Positions 48,093-58,650 of a stretch of DNA of 64,000 nt are shown piece after piece. Position numbers and translations under genes: made by a program. A model generated the notes under the pieces. It ran no database searches and was not told where the DNA came from. It saw nothing but the letters and a program-made list of their open reading frames with translations. Each line of letters begins with the position of its first letter. The first letter of the stretch is position 1. The stretch is from an uncultured Candidatus Binatia bacterium (GTDB lineage: Bacteria > Desulfobacterota > Binatia > UBA9968 > JAJDTQ01). The stretch is taken from positions 2,688,001 to 2,752,000 of the forward strand of contig OZ251459.1 in the NCBI GenBank assembly GCA_965242525.1, written 5' to 3'.

Positions 48093-49148
48093 ATGCGACG
48101 GACCACCGCGGGCGCGGCAAAGGATCCGTTTCCCGCAACGGCTGCGGCCGGGCCGCGGACCGGGGACGCCGGGGACTCGTTCCCCGGTTCCCCGACTCCC
48201 GGCTCCGAGACCGCAGCCGATGCCGTCCGCACCGTGTTGTGGGCCCAGTACCTGACGGTCCGCGGCAACGAAGAGGGCATCCTCGACGACACGGACGCGG
48301 AGTGCCTGCACGACTTCCGGGTCGCCGTCCGGCGCGCCCGGTCCGTCGTCGGACAGTTCAGGGACGTCTTCGCGCCGGGACCCGCGGCCGGGCTCCGGCG
48401 CGGCCTCTCATGGCTCGGCAAGTCCACCAATGCGCTGAGGGACCTGGACGTCTATCTGGCGCATGAGGCGGCATACCGGGGAATGCTCTCTGGACCCCTG
48501 GCCCGGGACCTCACGCCGCTGTTCGACTACGTCCGACGCGAGCGGGAAGCGGCCCTTCGCAAGCTGGCGGACGTCATGCGTTCGCCCGAATACGCGGCTG
48601 CGCTCCGGCGGTGGCGCGAATGCGTCGAGGACCCCGCCGCCATCGGGCGTCGGGGCTCCGAGCCCGTCCTGGGGTTGGCCGGGGCGCGCGTGGCGAAGAA
48701 GTGCCGGGCCGTCCTGGAGCAGGGGAATCGGCTCTCGGGCCGCGCCGAGGCCGCGGACCTCCATTCCCTGCGCATCGAGTGCAAGAAGCTCCGCTACCTC
48801 CTGGAGACCCTCGCGGACCGGATGCCCGAGGCCGGGGCGGTGGCGCACTGCCTGAAGAAGCTCCAGGACGCCCTGGGGCGCATCCAGGACCTCACCGTGC
48901 ACGAGTCCCGGAGCCGGGACTTCGCCCATGCGGTGTCCTCCGCGGGGGTCGGCTGCGTGCTGCCGGCCGTGGACGTGCTGGCGTCGCGCATGCGGGTGGA
49001 GAGGGAGTTGGCCGGCGCCGAGGTCCCGGGGCTGTTGGCCCGGTTCCACCGCGCCCTGCGCGAGACCGATCCTCCTTACGTCATGCTGCTCCCGTGGCTG
49101 CGCCGGATGCAGGGTCTTGGCGCAGCGGGAACAGGGCGGCGCCGATGA
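48093..49148 (+). CDS. CHAD domain protein (polyphosphate-binding)
   Basis: LHDFRVAVRRARS, RDLDV, LHSLRIECKKLRY, LQD.LG.IQD. Confidence 0.85.
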   Translation: MRRTTAGAAKDPFPATAAAGPRTGDAGDSFPGSPTPGSETAADAVRTVLWAQYLTVRGNEEGILDDTDAECLHDFRVAVRRARSVVGQFRDVFAPGPAAGLRRGLSWLGKSTNALRDLDVYLAHEAAYRGMLSGPLARDLTPLFDYVRREREAALRKLADVMRSPEYAAALRRWRECVEDPAAIGRRGSEPVLGLAGARVAKKCRAVLEQGNRLSGRAEAADLHSLRIECKKLRYLLETLADRMPEAGAVAHCLKKLQDALGRIQDLTVHESRSRDFAHAVSSAGVGCVLPAVDVLASRMRVERELAGAEVPGLLARFHRALRETDPPYVMLLPWLRRMQGLGAAGTGRRR

Positions 49149-49866
49149 TGCCTGCGGCGTTCCCGAGGCGCGCCGCTTCCACGCGGCAGCCCACGCCCTC
49201 GAGGCAGGGAAGGAACTTCTCGAACTTCTTGCTGACTCCGCCCCCGATGATGAACAGATCGACTCCGAGAAGGTACTCCACGTGGACGAGGTAGTCGTTC
49301 AACCTCTTGCCCCATTTCTTCCAGCTCAGGTCTTCGGCGGTCCGCACGTTGCCCGCCGCCCTCTTCTCCGCGGCCTTGCCGCGCATTTCGAGATGCCCCA
49401 GCTCGGTGTCCGGCAGGAGGACGCCGTCGCGGAAGACCGCGGTGCCGATGCCGGTACCCAGGGTGATCATCATCACGGTCCCGCCCGCGCCCCTTCCGGC
49501 GCCGAACTCGAACTCCGCCAGTCCCGCGGCGTCGGCGTCGTTGCCGATGGCCACCCGGGGCGCGTTCATCCCGGCCTGGAGCCGGGCGGCGAGGTCGTAG
49601 CCGATCCAGGATGAATCGAGGTTCGGGGCCCGCTCGACCCGCCCCCTCTTGACCAGGCCGGGGAAGCCGCAACCGACGGGCCCGCGCCATTGCAGCCGCC
49701 GCTGCAATTCCGTGACGGTCTCCAGGACCGCTTCCGGCGTTGCGGGCTGGGGCGTGGGGAGCCGCAGCCGCTCCGTGGCCATCCGTCCGTTCCGGGTGTC
49801 GATCAACGCGGTCTTGACCCCGGTGCCGCCGATGTCGATGCCCATGACCGTGTCTTCCTGGCTCAT
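49081..49866 (-). CDS. ppgK: Polyphosphate glucokinase (ROK family)
   Basis: GIDIGGTG.K, PTPQPATP, NDADAAGLAE, TLGTGIG, ELGHL, N.AGIIGAA. Confidence 0.88.
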   Translation of the reverse strand: MSQEDTVMGIDIGGTGVKTALIDTRNGRMATERLRLPTPQPATPEAVLETVTELQRRLQWRGPVGCGFPGLVKRGRVERAPNLDSSWIGYDLAARLQAGMNAPRVAIGNDADAAGLAEFEFGAGRGAGGTVMMITLGTGIGTAVFRDGVLLPDTELGHLEMRGKAAEKRAAGNVRTAEDLSWKKWGKRLNDYLVHVEYLLGVDLFIIGGGVSKKFEKFLPCLEGVGCRVEAARLGNAAGIIGAALFPLRQDPASGAATGAA

Positions 49867-49947
49867 CGTTCCTCCCGTTGGCGCTTGCGGCTATTCATGG
49901 ATTTCCCAATGGTCTATCATCGTTGAAGCGTACGGGGAACGCAACAC

Positions 49948-51918
49948 ATGCTCAACGTACTCACCAGCCTGGTGGCGGTCCTGGCCCTCACGGTGGCCAC
50001 GGTCTTCGCCTTCCACAAGCTCAAGCTCCCCACGGTCATCGGTTTTCTCGCGGTGGGCGTGGTCATGGGGCCCCACGGCTTTGGCGTCATCGGCCACGGC
50101 GCCGAGATCGAGCTGCTGGCGGAGATCGGCATCGTGCTGCTGCTCTTTTCCATCGGCCTGGAGTTCTCCTTCGAACGGTTCCTCTCGGTGAGGACCCTGG
50201 TGCTCCTGGGCGGCTCGCTGCAGGTGGCCCTGACGGTGCTGGCGGTGATGGCCGCAGCCCTCCATTTCGGCTACCCGCCGCGCATCAGCTTCTTCTTCGG
50301 TTTGCTCGCGTCCCTCAGCAGCACCGCCATCGTGCTCAAGATCTACAGCGACCGCGAGGAGCTCTCGGCGCTCCACGGCCGGCTCGCCGTGGGCACGCTC
50401 CTGCTGCAGGACATCATCGCCGTGCCCATGATGCTGTCGGTGCCGGTGCTGGGCGAGACCGAGGCGTTCTCGCTCCAGGTGGTGGGCCTGACCCTGGGCA
50501 AGTCGGTGTTGGCCGTGGCCGTCATCTTCACCGCCTCCCGGTTCGTCGTGCCGTGGTTCCTGCACCAGGTGGCGCGGCTGCGGAACCAGGAGATCTTCGT
50601 CCTGTTCGTGCTGCTCATCTGCCTCGGGACCGCCTGGCTGGCCTACCAGTCGGGCATCTCCCTTGCATTGGGAGCGTTCGTGGCAGGCCTGCTGATCTCC
50701 GATTCGGACTACAACCACCAGGTGATCTCCGACGTGCTCCCGCTGAGGGACAGCTTCGCCGGCATCTTCTTCATCTCCATCGGGATGCAGGTGGACCTGG
50801 GTTTCGTGCGCGAAGAACTCTCCCTGGTCGGCGTCGCGTGGCTCTTGCTGGTGCTCATCAAGGGCGGCATCATCACCGTCGTCTTCTCGTTCCTCCAGCG
50901 TTCGTTCCGCCTGGGCCTCCTGCTGGGCATGGCTCTGGCCCAGGTGGGGGAGTTCTCGCTCATCCTGGCGCGCATGGGGGGCGCTTTCGACCTCCTTTCG
51001 CCGGACCAGGAGCAGGTCTTCCTCGCCACCGCGATCCTCAGCATGCTGGCGACGCCCCTGTTGATCCTCGGCGGCGGGCGGGTGGGGTTCGCCCTAGGCC
51101 GGGGCATGGCGGCCGAGAAGCCCCAGGCGGACTCCCTGTCCGGCCACGTCATCATCGTCGGTTACGGTCTCAACGGACGGAACCTGGCCCGGGTCCTCCG
51201 CGAGGTGGCCATCCCCTACCGGGTGCTGGACCTCAACCCCCAGGTGGCCCGGCAGGTCCGGTACGAGGGGGAGGAGATCGACTTCGGCGACGCCACGCGC
51301 CCTGCGGTCCTCGCGGGCATGGGCGCAGCCCGGGCCCGGGCTCTGGTGGTGGCCATCAGCGACGCCATGGCCACGTCCCGCATCGTCTCCCACGCGCGGC
51401 GGCTGAACCCCCGTTTGTACATCATCGTGCGGACGCGGTACGTGTCCGAGATCCCGCACCTGACCCGCCTGGGCGCCAACGAGGTCATACCGGAGGAGTT
51501 CGAGACCTCGGTGGAAATCTTCGCGCGGGTGCTGCAGGAATACCACGTGCCGCGCAACGTCATCACCCTGCAGGTGGAGATGGTGCGCCGGGAAGGCTAC
51601 GGCATGCTGCGCGGGCTCAGGCTGGAGGGCAAGAGCCTGGACCGGTTCAGCCGGTTCCTCACCGGCGCCGCCGCGGACACGTTCCTGGTGCAGGAGGACG
51701 CGCCGGGGGCTTCCTGCACCATCGGCGAGCTCAAGGACCACTTCCAGGGAAGGACCAGCGTGTTGGCGCTGGTCCGCGACGGCGCTTCGGTGGAGAGTCC
51801 GCCCATGGACTACCGGCTGCAGCCCCACGACATCCTGGTGCTGCTCGGAAGCCACGCGGACCTGGACCGGGCTGTGCAACTGCTCACCGCGCCCGTCCCG
51901 GACGGGGAGGAAGGGTAG
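49948..51918 (+). CDS. CPA2 cation:proton antiporter with TrkA-N and TrkA-C domains (Kef-like)
   Basis: LLFSIGLE, SSTAIV.K, LLLQD, AQVGEF, IIVGYG..G, FGDAT. Confidence 0.9.
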   Translation: MLNVLTSLVAVLALTVATVFAFHKLKLPTVIGFLAVGVVMGPHGFGVIGHGAEIELLAEIGIVLLLFSIGLEFSFERFLSVRTLVLLGGSLQVALTVLAVMAAALHFGYPPRISFFFGLLASLSSTAIVLKIYSDREELSALHGRLAVGTLLLQDIIAVPMMLSVPVLGETEAFSLQVVGLTLGKSVLAVAVIFTASRFVVPWFLHQVARLRNQEIFVLFVLLICLGTAWLAYQSGISLALGAFVAGLLISDSDYNHQVISDVLPLRDSFAGIFFISIGMQVDLGFVREELSLVGVAWLLLVLIKGGIITVVFSFLQRSFRLGLLLGMALAQVGEFSLILARMGGAFDLLSPDQEQVFLATAILSMLATPLLILGGGRVGFALGRGMAAEKPQADSLSGHVIIVGYGLNGRNLARVLREVAIPYRVLDLNPQVARQVRYEGEEIDFGDATRPAVLAGMGAARARALVVAISDAMATSRIVSHARRLNPRLYIIVRTRYVSEIPHLTRLGANEVIPEEFETSVEIFARVLQEYHVPRNVITLQVEMVRREGYGMLRGLRLEGKSLDRFSRFLTGAAADTFLVQEDAPGASCTIGELKDHFQGRTSVLALVRDGASVESPPMDYRLQPHDILVLLGSHADLDRAVQLLTAPVPDGEEG

Positions 51919-51943
51919 CCCCGGCAAGGTCGGCCGCGGCCGG

Positions 51944-53638
51944 TCAGGGCACGGGGTCCACGGGATCGGAGAACCGCCCCGAACCCGCGAAGCGCAGGCT
52001 GAGGCCCACCACCGGCGCCAAGCCCGCGGCCACGATGAGGAGGGCCGCCGCGGCCGCCTGCTCGAAGGCCTCGTAGGACGCATATTCATAGACGTGGGTG
52101 GCCAGGGTGTCGAAGTTGAAGGGCCGCAGGATCAGCGTCATGGGCAACTCCTTCATGCCGTCCACGAAGACCAGCATGGCGCCGGTCAACAGGCTGCTCC
52201 GCAGCAGGGGAACGTGGATACGGGCCAGCACCCCTCCCGGACGGTGTCCCAGGGAGCGGGCCGCGGCGTCCATGTTGGGGGTGACCTTGGTCAGGCCGGC
52301 TTCCAGGGAGCCGAAGGACAGGGCCACGAACCGTACCGTGCAGGCGAAGACCAGGGCGCAGAGGGTGCCGCTGAAGACCAACCCGGTGGGTGCGCCGAAC
52401 CATGCGTCCATGAAGCCGTCGATGGCGTTGTCCAGTGCGGCCGCGGGGATCAGGACCCCCACGGCGAGCACGACCCCGGGCACGGTGTAGCCGATGCTGG
52501 CCAGGCGCGCCGTGGTCTTGACCAGGGGGGCGCCGGACAGGCGGGCGCCGTAGGCCAGGAAGAGGCCCGCGCACAGGCAGGCGAGGGCGGCCATGCCGGC
52601 CACCGCGATGCTGTTGCAGGCAAGGGCGAGGGTGCTGACGTCCGCGGCGGCGTCGGCGCCTGCCGCGGAGGCGGCCATGAGCGCGGCCGGAACGGCGAAC
52701 CCCAGGGTGACGGGGGCGGCGCAGGTCCCCAGGGCGAGGGCGCCCCGGGCGCCCCGGAGCCTTGCCAGGGCGCGGCGCCGGGGCGCGTGGCGGTCGGCCT
52801 GGTAGCGGCGCCGACCCCGGGCGGTCCTTTCCAGGGCGGCCAGCACCAGCACCAGCGCCAGCAGCATGGAAGCCAACTGCGCCGCCGCAGGAGCGTCGTT
52901 CATGCCGAACCAGACGCGATAGACCCCCACGGTCAGGGTCTGGACCGCGAAGTAGTCCACGGTCCCGAAGTCGTTCAGGGTCTCCATCAACGCCAACAGC
53001 ACGCCCACGGCAATGGCCGGCCGGGCCAGCGGCAGCGCCACCCGGGCGAAGCAGCTCCAGGTCCCGAGCCCGAGCCCCCGGGCGGCGTCCCACAGGCTCT
53101 GGGACTGCTCCACGAACGCCGACCGGGCCAGCAGATAGACGTAGGGGTAGAGGACCAGGGAGAGGAACGTCACGGCGCCGCCCAGGGAGCGGACCTCGGG
53201 AAACCAGTAGTCGCGGGGACCCTGCCAACCGAACAGTTGCCGCAAGCCCGTCTGCACCGGACCGGCGAACTCCAGCAGGTCCGTGTAGGTGTAGGCCGCG
53301 ATGTACGAGGGCATGGCCAACGGCAGCAGCAGCGCCCATTGCAGCACGGAACGGCCGGGGAACTCGAACATGGTGACCAGCCACGCGGTGCTCACGCCGA
53401 GGATCAGCACGCCGGCGCCCACGCCCAGGACGAGGCAGAGGGTCTGGCGCACGTAGTTGCCGAGGACCGTGGCGCCGAGGTGGGGCCAGGCGTCGCCGCT
53501 GCCCTCCATGGCGATTCCCAGCACCGCGAGGATGGGGCTGGTGAGCAGCAAGGCTAGGGCGAGGACGCCGACGGTCCAGCCGGTCACCCGCGGAAGCCGT
53601 GGGGCGGGGACGCGCCCCGCGGCGGGTCCCGGGGTCAC
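51944..53638 (-). CDS. Fe(III) ABC transporter permease (FbpB-like)
   Basis: LPLAMPSY, YPYVYL, two EAA-type loops, METLNDFG, MKELP.T.ILRPFNF.TLA; start uncertain. Confidence 0.88.
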   Translation of the reverse strand: MTPGPAAGRVPAPRLPRVTGWTVGVLALALLLTSPILAVLGIAMEGSGDAWPHLGATVLGNYVRQTLCLVLGVGAGVLILGVSTAWLVTMFEFPGRSVLQWALLLPLAMPSYIAAYTYTDLLEFAGPVQTGLRQLFGWQGPRDYWFPEVRSLGGAVTFLSLVLYPYVYLLARSAFVEQSQSLWDAARGLGLGTWSCFARVALPLARPAIAVGVLLALMETLNDFGTVDYFAVQTLTVGVYRVWFGMNDAPAAAQLASMLLALVLVLAALERTARGRRRYQADRHAPRRRALARLRGARGALALGTCAAPVTLGFAVPAALMAASAAGADAAADVSTLALACNSIAVAGMAALACLCAGLFLAYGARLSGAPLVKTTARLASIGYTVPGVVLAVGVLIPAAALDNAIDGFMDAWFGAPTGLVFSGTLCALVFACTVRFVALSFGSLEAGLTKVTPNMDAAARSLGHRPGGVLARIHVPLLRSSLLTGAMLVFVDGMKELPMTLILRPFNFDTLATHVYEYASYEAFEQAAAAALLIVAAGLAPVVGLSLRFAGSGRFSDPVDPVP

Positions 53639-53829
53639 GGTTCCGTCACCGAAAGGGTCTGCGCGCGGCGCTGGATGGTGGTCATTGCAGTTTCGGCCGC
53701 GGGTATCGGGCGGTCGCGGCTCGCCGGCCGGACGAAGTCTTGCGCATCCTCCCGTGCGGCGGGACGGACCCTACGCTAACACAGGAAGTCGCAGTCCTCA
53801 AACCGCGAGTTTTCGGTAGCGGGAACTTT

Positions 53830-55815
53830 TCAGGAACCGCTGGCCGAAGACGGCTGCCTTGCCTCGCGGATGCGGGTCCTGTGGAGGGTTTCCCCGGCCG
53901 GGTCCGCGGCCCTGGGCCTTCCTTCCTGCCGGTCCAGGTAGGTGCCGCCGGCGAGGACCTCGGTGAGTATGCGTTCCAGCCGCAGGGCAGGCGGGGCCTC
54001 CGGAGTCGGGTCGGGTACGGCCGGGAGGACCCCGGGCGCATGTGCGCGCACCAGGCCGCCGTAGCCCCAGCGGGCCAGCATGTCGGCGCAGGTGTCGGGC
54101 TTGCGCACGTCCACGACCTCGACCGCGCCATCGCCGTCGGTTTCCACCGTGACCGCGGCCGGCCGGCCGAACAGGTTGTGGTCGCTGCTCAGGGCCTCCT
54201 GGTAGGCGCCCAGGAACAGGATGGCCAGGGTGTAGGAGTCCTCCCAGGGGAGGGCGTGGAGCTCGAAGGTGGACCGGGGCTCCTGGGGGTGGGAGAACTT
54301 GTTGATGACGCCGTCCGAGTCGCAGGTGAGGTCCGCCAGGATCGCCTTGATGGCAGGCTTTTCCTTGAGCCGGCAGGTGGGCATGATGGGGAACAGCATG
54401 TCGAGGATCCAACTGTCCGGCAACGACCGGAATATGGAGAAGTTGAACGCGTGCAAGCGTGCGGCGATACGTTCGAGGGCGGCCTTGTCCTCGCCGTCGA
54501 ACCGGCCGTGGCGCGAGAAGCGGCTGGCGAGTTCGACGATCCGGGAGAACGCGGACTCCGCCTGGGCCCGCTGTTGCAGGGAAAGGAAGCCCAGGGAGAA
54601 GGCCGAGAGCATCTCGTCCTTCTTCTGGTAGGCGTCGTGCAGGTACTCGCGCCAGTTCTTGCCGTTGATCTCCACCGCCATGTCGTCGAGCTCGTTGACC
54701 GCGTCCACGTTGGAGGCCCGGGTCCGGGGCCGGCCGGACTTGGGGGTCGCTTGCGGCTGCTCCAGCGGGTCCACGAGCAGGGCCACGTGGTGGGTCACCA
54801 GGAACCGGCCCGATTCGGTGATGATGCGCGGCTCCGCGATGCGGGCCCGGTCCAGCACCTCCTTGGTGGTGTAGATGATGTCGTTGGCGTATTCCTGGAC
54901 GTTGTAGTTCACGCTGGAGTCCGCGGAGCTGTTGCTGCCGTCGTAATCCACGCCGAGGCCCCCGCCCACGTCCAGCGTGTCCAGGGGCACCCCCATCTCC
55001 TTGAGCTCCACGTAGAAACGGAGCGCTTCCTGCAGCGCCTGCTTGAAGTTCCGGATGTTGGTGATCTGCGAGCCTAAGTGGAAGTGGAGGAGCCGGAGGC
55101 GGTCCAGGAGCTTGCATTCCTTCAGCAGCCGCGTGGCCTCCAGCAGGTCCGAGGCGGTGAGGCCGAACTTGGACAGGTCCCCCGAAGACTCCTCCCAGCG
55201 GCCCATGCCGCTGGCGTTGAGCTTGACCCGGGCGCCGAGCCGGGGGCACCGGAGCCCCTTGGCCCGCAGCTCGCTCACGAGCTCGTACTCCCTCGGCCGC
55301 TCGAACACGAGCACGGTGTCGTAGCCGGCTTCGCCGGCCGCCGCGGCCAGCTCCACGTAGGCGCGGTCCTTGTAGCCGTTGCAGAGGATCGGCGCCCGGC
55401 TGTCCCCGATCATGGACAGGGCGATGCAGAGCTCGGCCTTGGTGCCCACCTCCAGGCCGACGCCGTAGGGACGCCCGGTTTCGCAGATGCGCGACACCGT
55501 GGCCTTGCGGCTGTTGACCTTGAGCGGATAGACGCAGGTGTAGGACCCGCGGTAGTCGAAGGTTTCCGTCGCGGTCCGGAACGCCCGGTGGAGGGTTTCC
55601 ATCTGCCGGTCGATGAGTTGCGGAAAGCGCACCAGCACCGGCGGGCGCACGTCCCGTTGCTGCAACAGGGTCACGAGCTCGTGCAGGTCCACCCGGCTCC
55701 GCTTGGCGGGGTTCGTGACCACCTCCAGGTGGCCCGCGTGGTTGACGTTGACGAACCCCTCGCCCCAGGACCGCCATGCGAACGGGTCGCCGGCTCCCAA
55801 CGGCAGCTTCTTCAT
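53830..55815 (-). CDS. speA: Biosynthetic arginine decarboxylase
   Basis: YPLKVN (PLP Lys), CNGYKD, SKFGL, HFHLGSQ, DVGGGLGVDYDG, TCDSDG, GAYQE..HNLFG. Confidence 0.92.
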   Translation of the reverse strand: MKKLPLGAGDPFAWRSWGEGFVNVNHAGHLEVVTNPAKRSRVDLHELVTLLQQRDVRPPVLVRFPQLIDRQMETLHRAFRTATETFDYRGSYTCVYPLKVNSRKATVSRICETGRPYGVGLEVGTKAELCIALSMIGDSRAPILCNGYKDRAYVELAAAAGEAGYDTVLVFERPREYELVSELRAKGLRCPRLGARVKLNASGMGRWEESSGDLSKFGLTASDLLEATRLLKECKLLDRLRLLHFHLGSQITNIRNFKQALQEALRFYVELKEMGVPLDTLDVGGGLGVDYDGSNSSADSSVNYNVQEYANDIIYTTKEVLDRARIAEPRIITESGRFLVTHHVALLVDPLEQPQATPKSGRPRTRASNVDAVNELDDMAVEINGKNWREYLHDAYQKKDEMLSAFSLGFLSLQQRAQAESAFSRIVELASRFSRHGRFDGEDKAALERIAARLHAFNFSIFRSLPDSWILDMLFPIMPTCRLKEKPAIKAILADLTCDSDGVINKFSHPQEPRSTFELHALPWEDSYTLAILFLGAYQEALSSDHNLFGRPAAVTVETDGDGAVEVVDVRKPDTCADMLARWGYGGLVRAHAPGVLPAVPDPTPEAPPALRLERILTEVLAGGTYLDRQEGRPRAADPAGETLHRTRIREARQPSSASGS

Positions 55816-55972
55816 CTCGTTCGGCGCCTCCTCGTTTCCTGTCCTGCCGAATGCGTCGGCGATGCCGCGGCCATGCAGCCGTCCGGGGCGGGGGTCCCGT
55901 GCGGGTTCCCCGTCCGGTCCGGGCGCGTTCCGCCGCGGTTTCCGGGACCGCGCCCGGACCGCCGCGCCCGGC

Positions 55973-58084
55973 TCACCGCGCCAGGGACAACGGTGCGTCG
56001 GCCTCCGGCCGTTGCGTGTGAAGCTGGTTCAGGTAGGCGTAGATGGCTTCCTGGGCGCGCGTCCGTTGGCCGCCTGCCGCCGTCCGGTACCGGTTCTCCA
56101 GGTCCTTGTCCAGCACCCTCGCCTTGACGTCGTCGTTCCACAGTATGTCCAGCACGTCCCGGATCTGCTCCTTCAGGGACGGGTCGTAGATCGGGCAGGC
56201 CACCTCCACCCGGTGGTCCACGTTCCGCTCCATCCAGTCGCCGGAGGCGATATAGATTTTCTCGGCGCCGCCGTTGGCGAACGCCATGACCCGGGAGTGC
56301 TCGAGGAACCGGTCCAGGATGGCCGCGGCCTCGATGCGCTCGCTGAAATGCCTGACCCCCGGGACCAGCGAGAACATCCCCCGCACCATGAGTTTCACAT
56401 GGACTCCGGCTTCGCTCGCGTCGTAGAGCTTGCGGATGAGGCCCCGGTCCTCCAGGTTGTTGACCTTGAGCATGATGTAGGCGGGCAGGCCCTTGCGGGC
56501 GTTCTTGATCTCGGCGTCGATGAGCTTCGTGAGCCTGCGGCGCGTGTCGTAGGGGGACACCATCAGGTGCTTGAAGGCGGTCCGCCGGAAGTTGTTCTCC
56601 AGGAAGCCGAAGACCCGGCTGACTTCGCCGGTGATCCGTTCGTCGGCGGTGAACAGGCTGTCGTCCGTATAGACGCGCGCGGTGGTCTCGTTGAAGTTCC
56701 CGGTGCCCACGTGGGCGTACAGCAGGGTCTTCCGATGCGACACCCGGGTGATGAGTATCAGTTTCGCGTGCACTTTCAGGCCCGGCACGCCGTTGATGAC
56801 GCGGACCCCTTCTTCCTGCAGCCGTTCCGCCCAATAGACGTTCTCGGCCTCGTCGAACCGGGCCTGCAGCTCCATCACCACGGTCACCCGCTTGCCGTTG
56901 CGGCTGGCGTTGATGAGGGCGTTGACCACCTTCGAGTCGCGCGCCACCCGGTACAGCGTCATCTTGATGGAGCGCACCTTGGGGTCGATGGCCGCTTGGC
57001 GCAGGAACTCGATGAGGTAGTCGAAGGTCTGGTACGGGTAGTGCACCAGGATGTCCCGGCGCCGGACGGCCTTGAAGAAGGTCTTGGCCGCGTCGATGTC
57101 CTTGTGGGCCAGCGGCGGCAGCGGGGCCGCGGACAGCTTCTTCGAGCCGATGCGCGGGAACCCCATGAAGTCCTTGAAGTTGTGGTACCGCCCTCCGGGG
57201 ATGAACGGGCCGGACTCGGCGTCGAGGCCCATCTTGCGCTGCAACAGCTCCAGCAGGCGCCGGGGTATCCGGGTGTCGTAGATGAAACGGACCGGCGTCC
57301 CGGTCTTCCTCTGCTTGAGGCCCTTGGAGATCTTCCCCATGTAGCTCTCGTAGAGGTCGTCGTCGAGGTCGAGTTGCGCGTCCCGCGTCAACTTGATGGT
57401 GAAAGCCTCGAAGTGGTCGAAGGGGAAGATGGAAAAGATGTCCTTCAGGCAGTAACGGATGACGTCGTCCAGCAGGATCACGCACTCCCGGCCTTCCGCC
57501 CTGGGGAGTATGACGAACCGCGACAACACGTCGGTGGGTATCTCGATCAGCGCGTATTCCGACCGGCGGGAACGGGTGTTGGAGAGGCAGACGGCCAAGT
57601 AGATGGCCTGGTCCTTCAGTTGCGGGAACTCCGCCAAGTGGTTGATCATCAGGGGGATCAGCGTAGGCCGCAGCTTCTGCCGGTAGAACTCCTCGATGTA
57701 GCTCTCCTGCGCGGGGTCGAGCTCGTCCTCCCTGACGATGGAGACGCCGTTCTCCCGGAGCTCTTCCAGGATGTTCCGGTAGATGCTCTCGAACCGGGCC
57801 TGCTGTTCCAGGACGATCTCGTGGATCTCTTCCAGCACCGCGGCCGGGTCCTCGCCCATGAGGCGCCGGGCACCCGCGCCGAGCTGTTCCAGCCGCCGGA
57901 GGTGGGCCACCCGCACCCGGAAGAACTCGTCGAGGTTGGACGAGAAGATGCCGAGGAAGCTCAGCCGTTCCAGGATCGGCACCGACGGGTCCGACGCCTC
58001 CTGGAGCACGCGGCCGTTGAACGCGAGCCAACTGAGCTCCTTGTTCCGCAACGGCAGGGCGGATTTCTGTTTCTGCTTCGGCAT
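55973..58084 (-). CDS. ppk1: Polyphosphate kinase 1
   Basis: ELSWLAFN.RVL.EA, SNLDEFF, VHYPY, ARFDE..N, KVHAK, GTGNFN, RFLEHSR. Confidence 0.96.
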   Translation of the reverse strand: MPKQKQKSALPLRNKELSWLAFNGRVLQEASDPSVPILERLSFLGIFSSNLDEFFRVRVAHLRRLEQLGAGARRLMGEDPAAVLEEIHEIVLEQQARFESIYRNILEELRENGVSIVREDELDPAQESYIEEFYRQKLRPTLIPLMINHLAEFPQLKDQAIYLAVCLSNTRSRRSEYALIEIPTDVLSRFVILPRAEGRECVILLDDVIRYCLKDIFSIFPFDHFEAFTIKLTRDAQLDLDDDLYESYMGKISKGLKQRKTGTPVRFIYDTRIPRRLLELLQRKMGLDAESGPFIPGGRYHNFKDFMGFPRIGSKKLSAAPLPPLAHKDIDAAKTFFKAVRRRDILVHYPYQTFDYLIEFLRQAAIDPKVRSIKMTLYRVARDSKVVNALINASRNGKRVTVVMELQARFDEAENVYWAERLQEEGVRVINGVPGLKVHAKLILITRVSHRKTLLYAHVGTGNFNETTARVYTDDSLFTADERITGEVSRVFGFLENNFRRTAFKHLMVSPYDTRRRLTKLIDAEIKNARKGLPAYIMLKVNNLEDRGLIRKLYDASEAGVHVKLMVRGMFSLVPGVRHFSERIEAAAILDRFLEHSRVMAFANGGAEKIYIASGDWMERNVDHRVEVACPIYDPSLKEQIRDVLDILWNDDVKARVLDKDLENRYRTAAGGQRTRAQEAIYAYLNQLHTQRPEADAPLSLAR

Positions 58085-58170
58085 GGCGACGCAGCCGGAA
58101 GGATTACAATAAATCCGGCTGCGCTTCAAATCCACGCGCAGACGCGCGCGGCGGAGGGGCAGGTTCTTCA

Positions 58171-58218
58171 CCGCGGCGTCCGGCCCGGGCGGTCGCACGC
58201 CCGGGCCGGACGCCGCGG
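58171..58218. terminator. Strong GC hairpin between the P-II gene and ppk1 (terminator or mRNA-processing stem)
   Basis: 21-bp perfect stem CCGCGGCGTCCGGCCCGGGCG, 6-nt loop; no clear U-tract. Confidence 0.45.
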
Positions 58219-58272
58219 CTTCGGAGTGGCGCCGGAGGCCGTCCCAGGCCCTGTGGAGGGCCGGTCCGTCCC

Positions 58273-58650
<378 letters not shown>

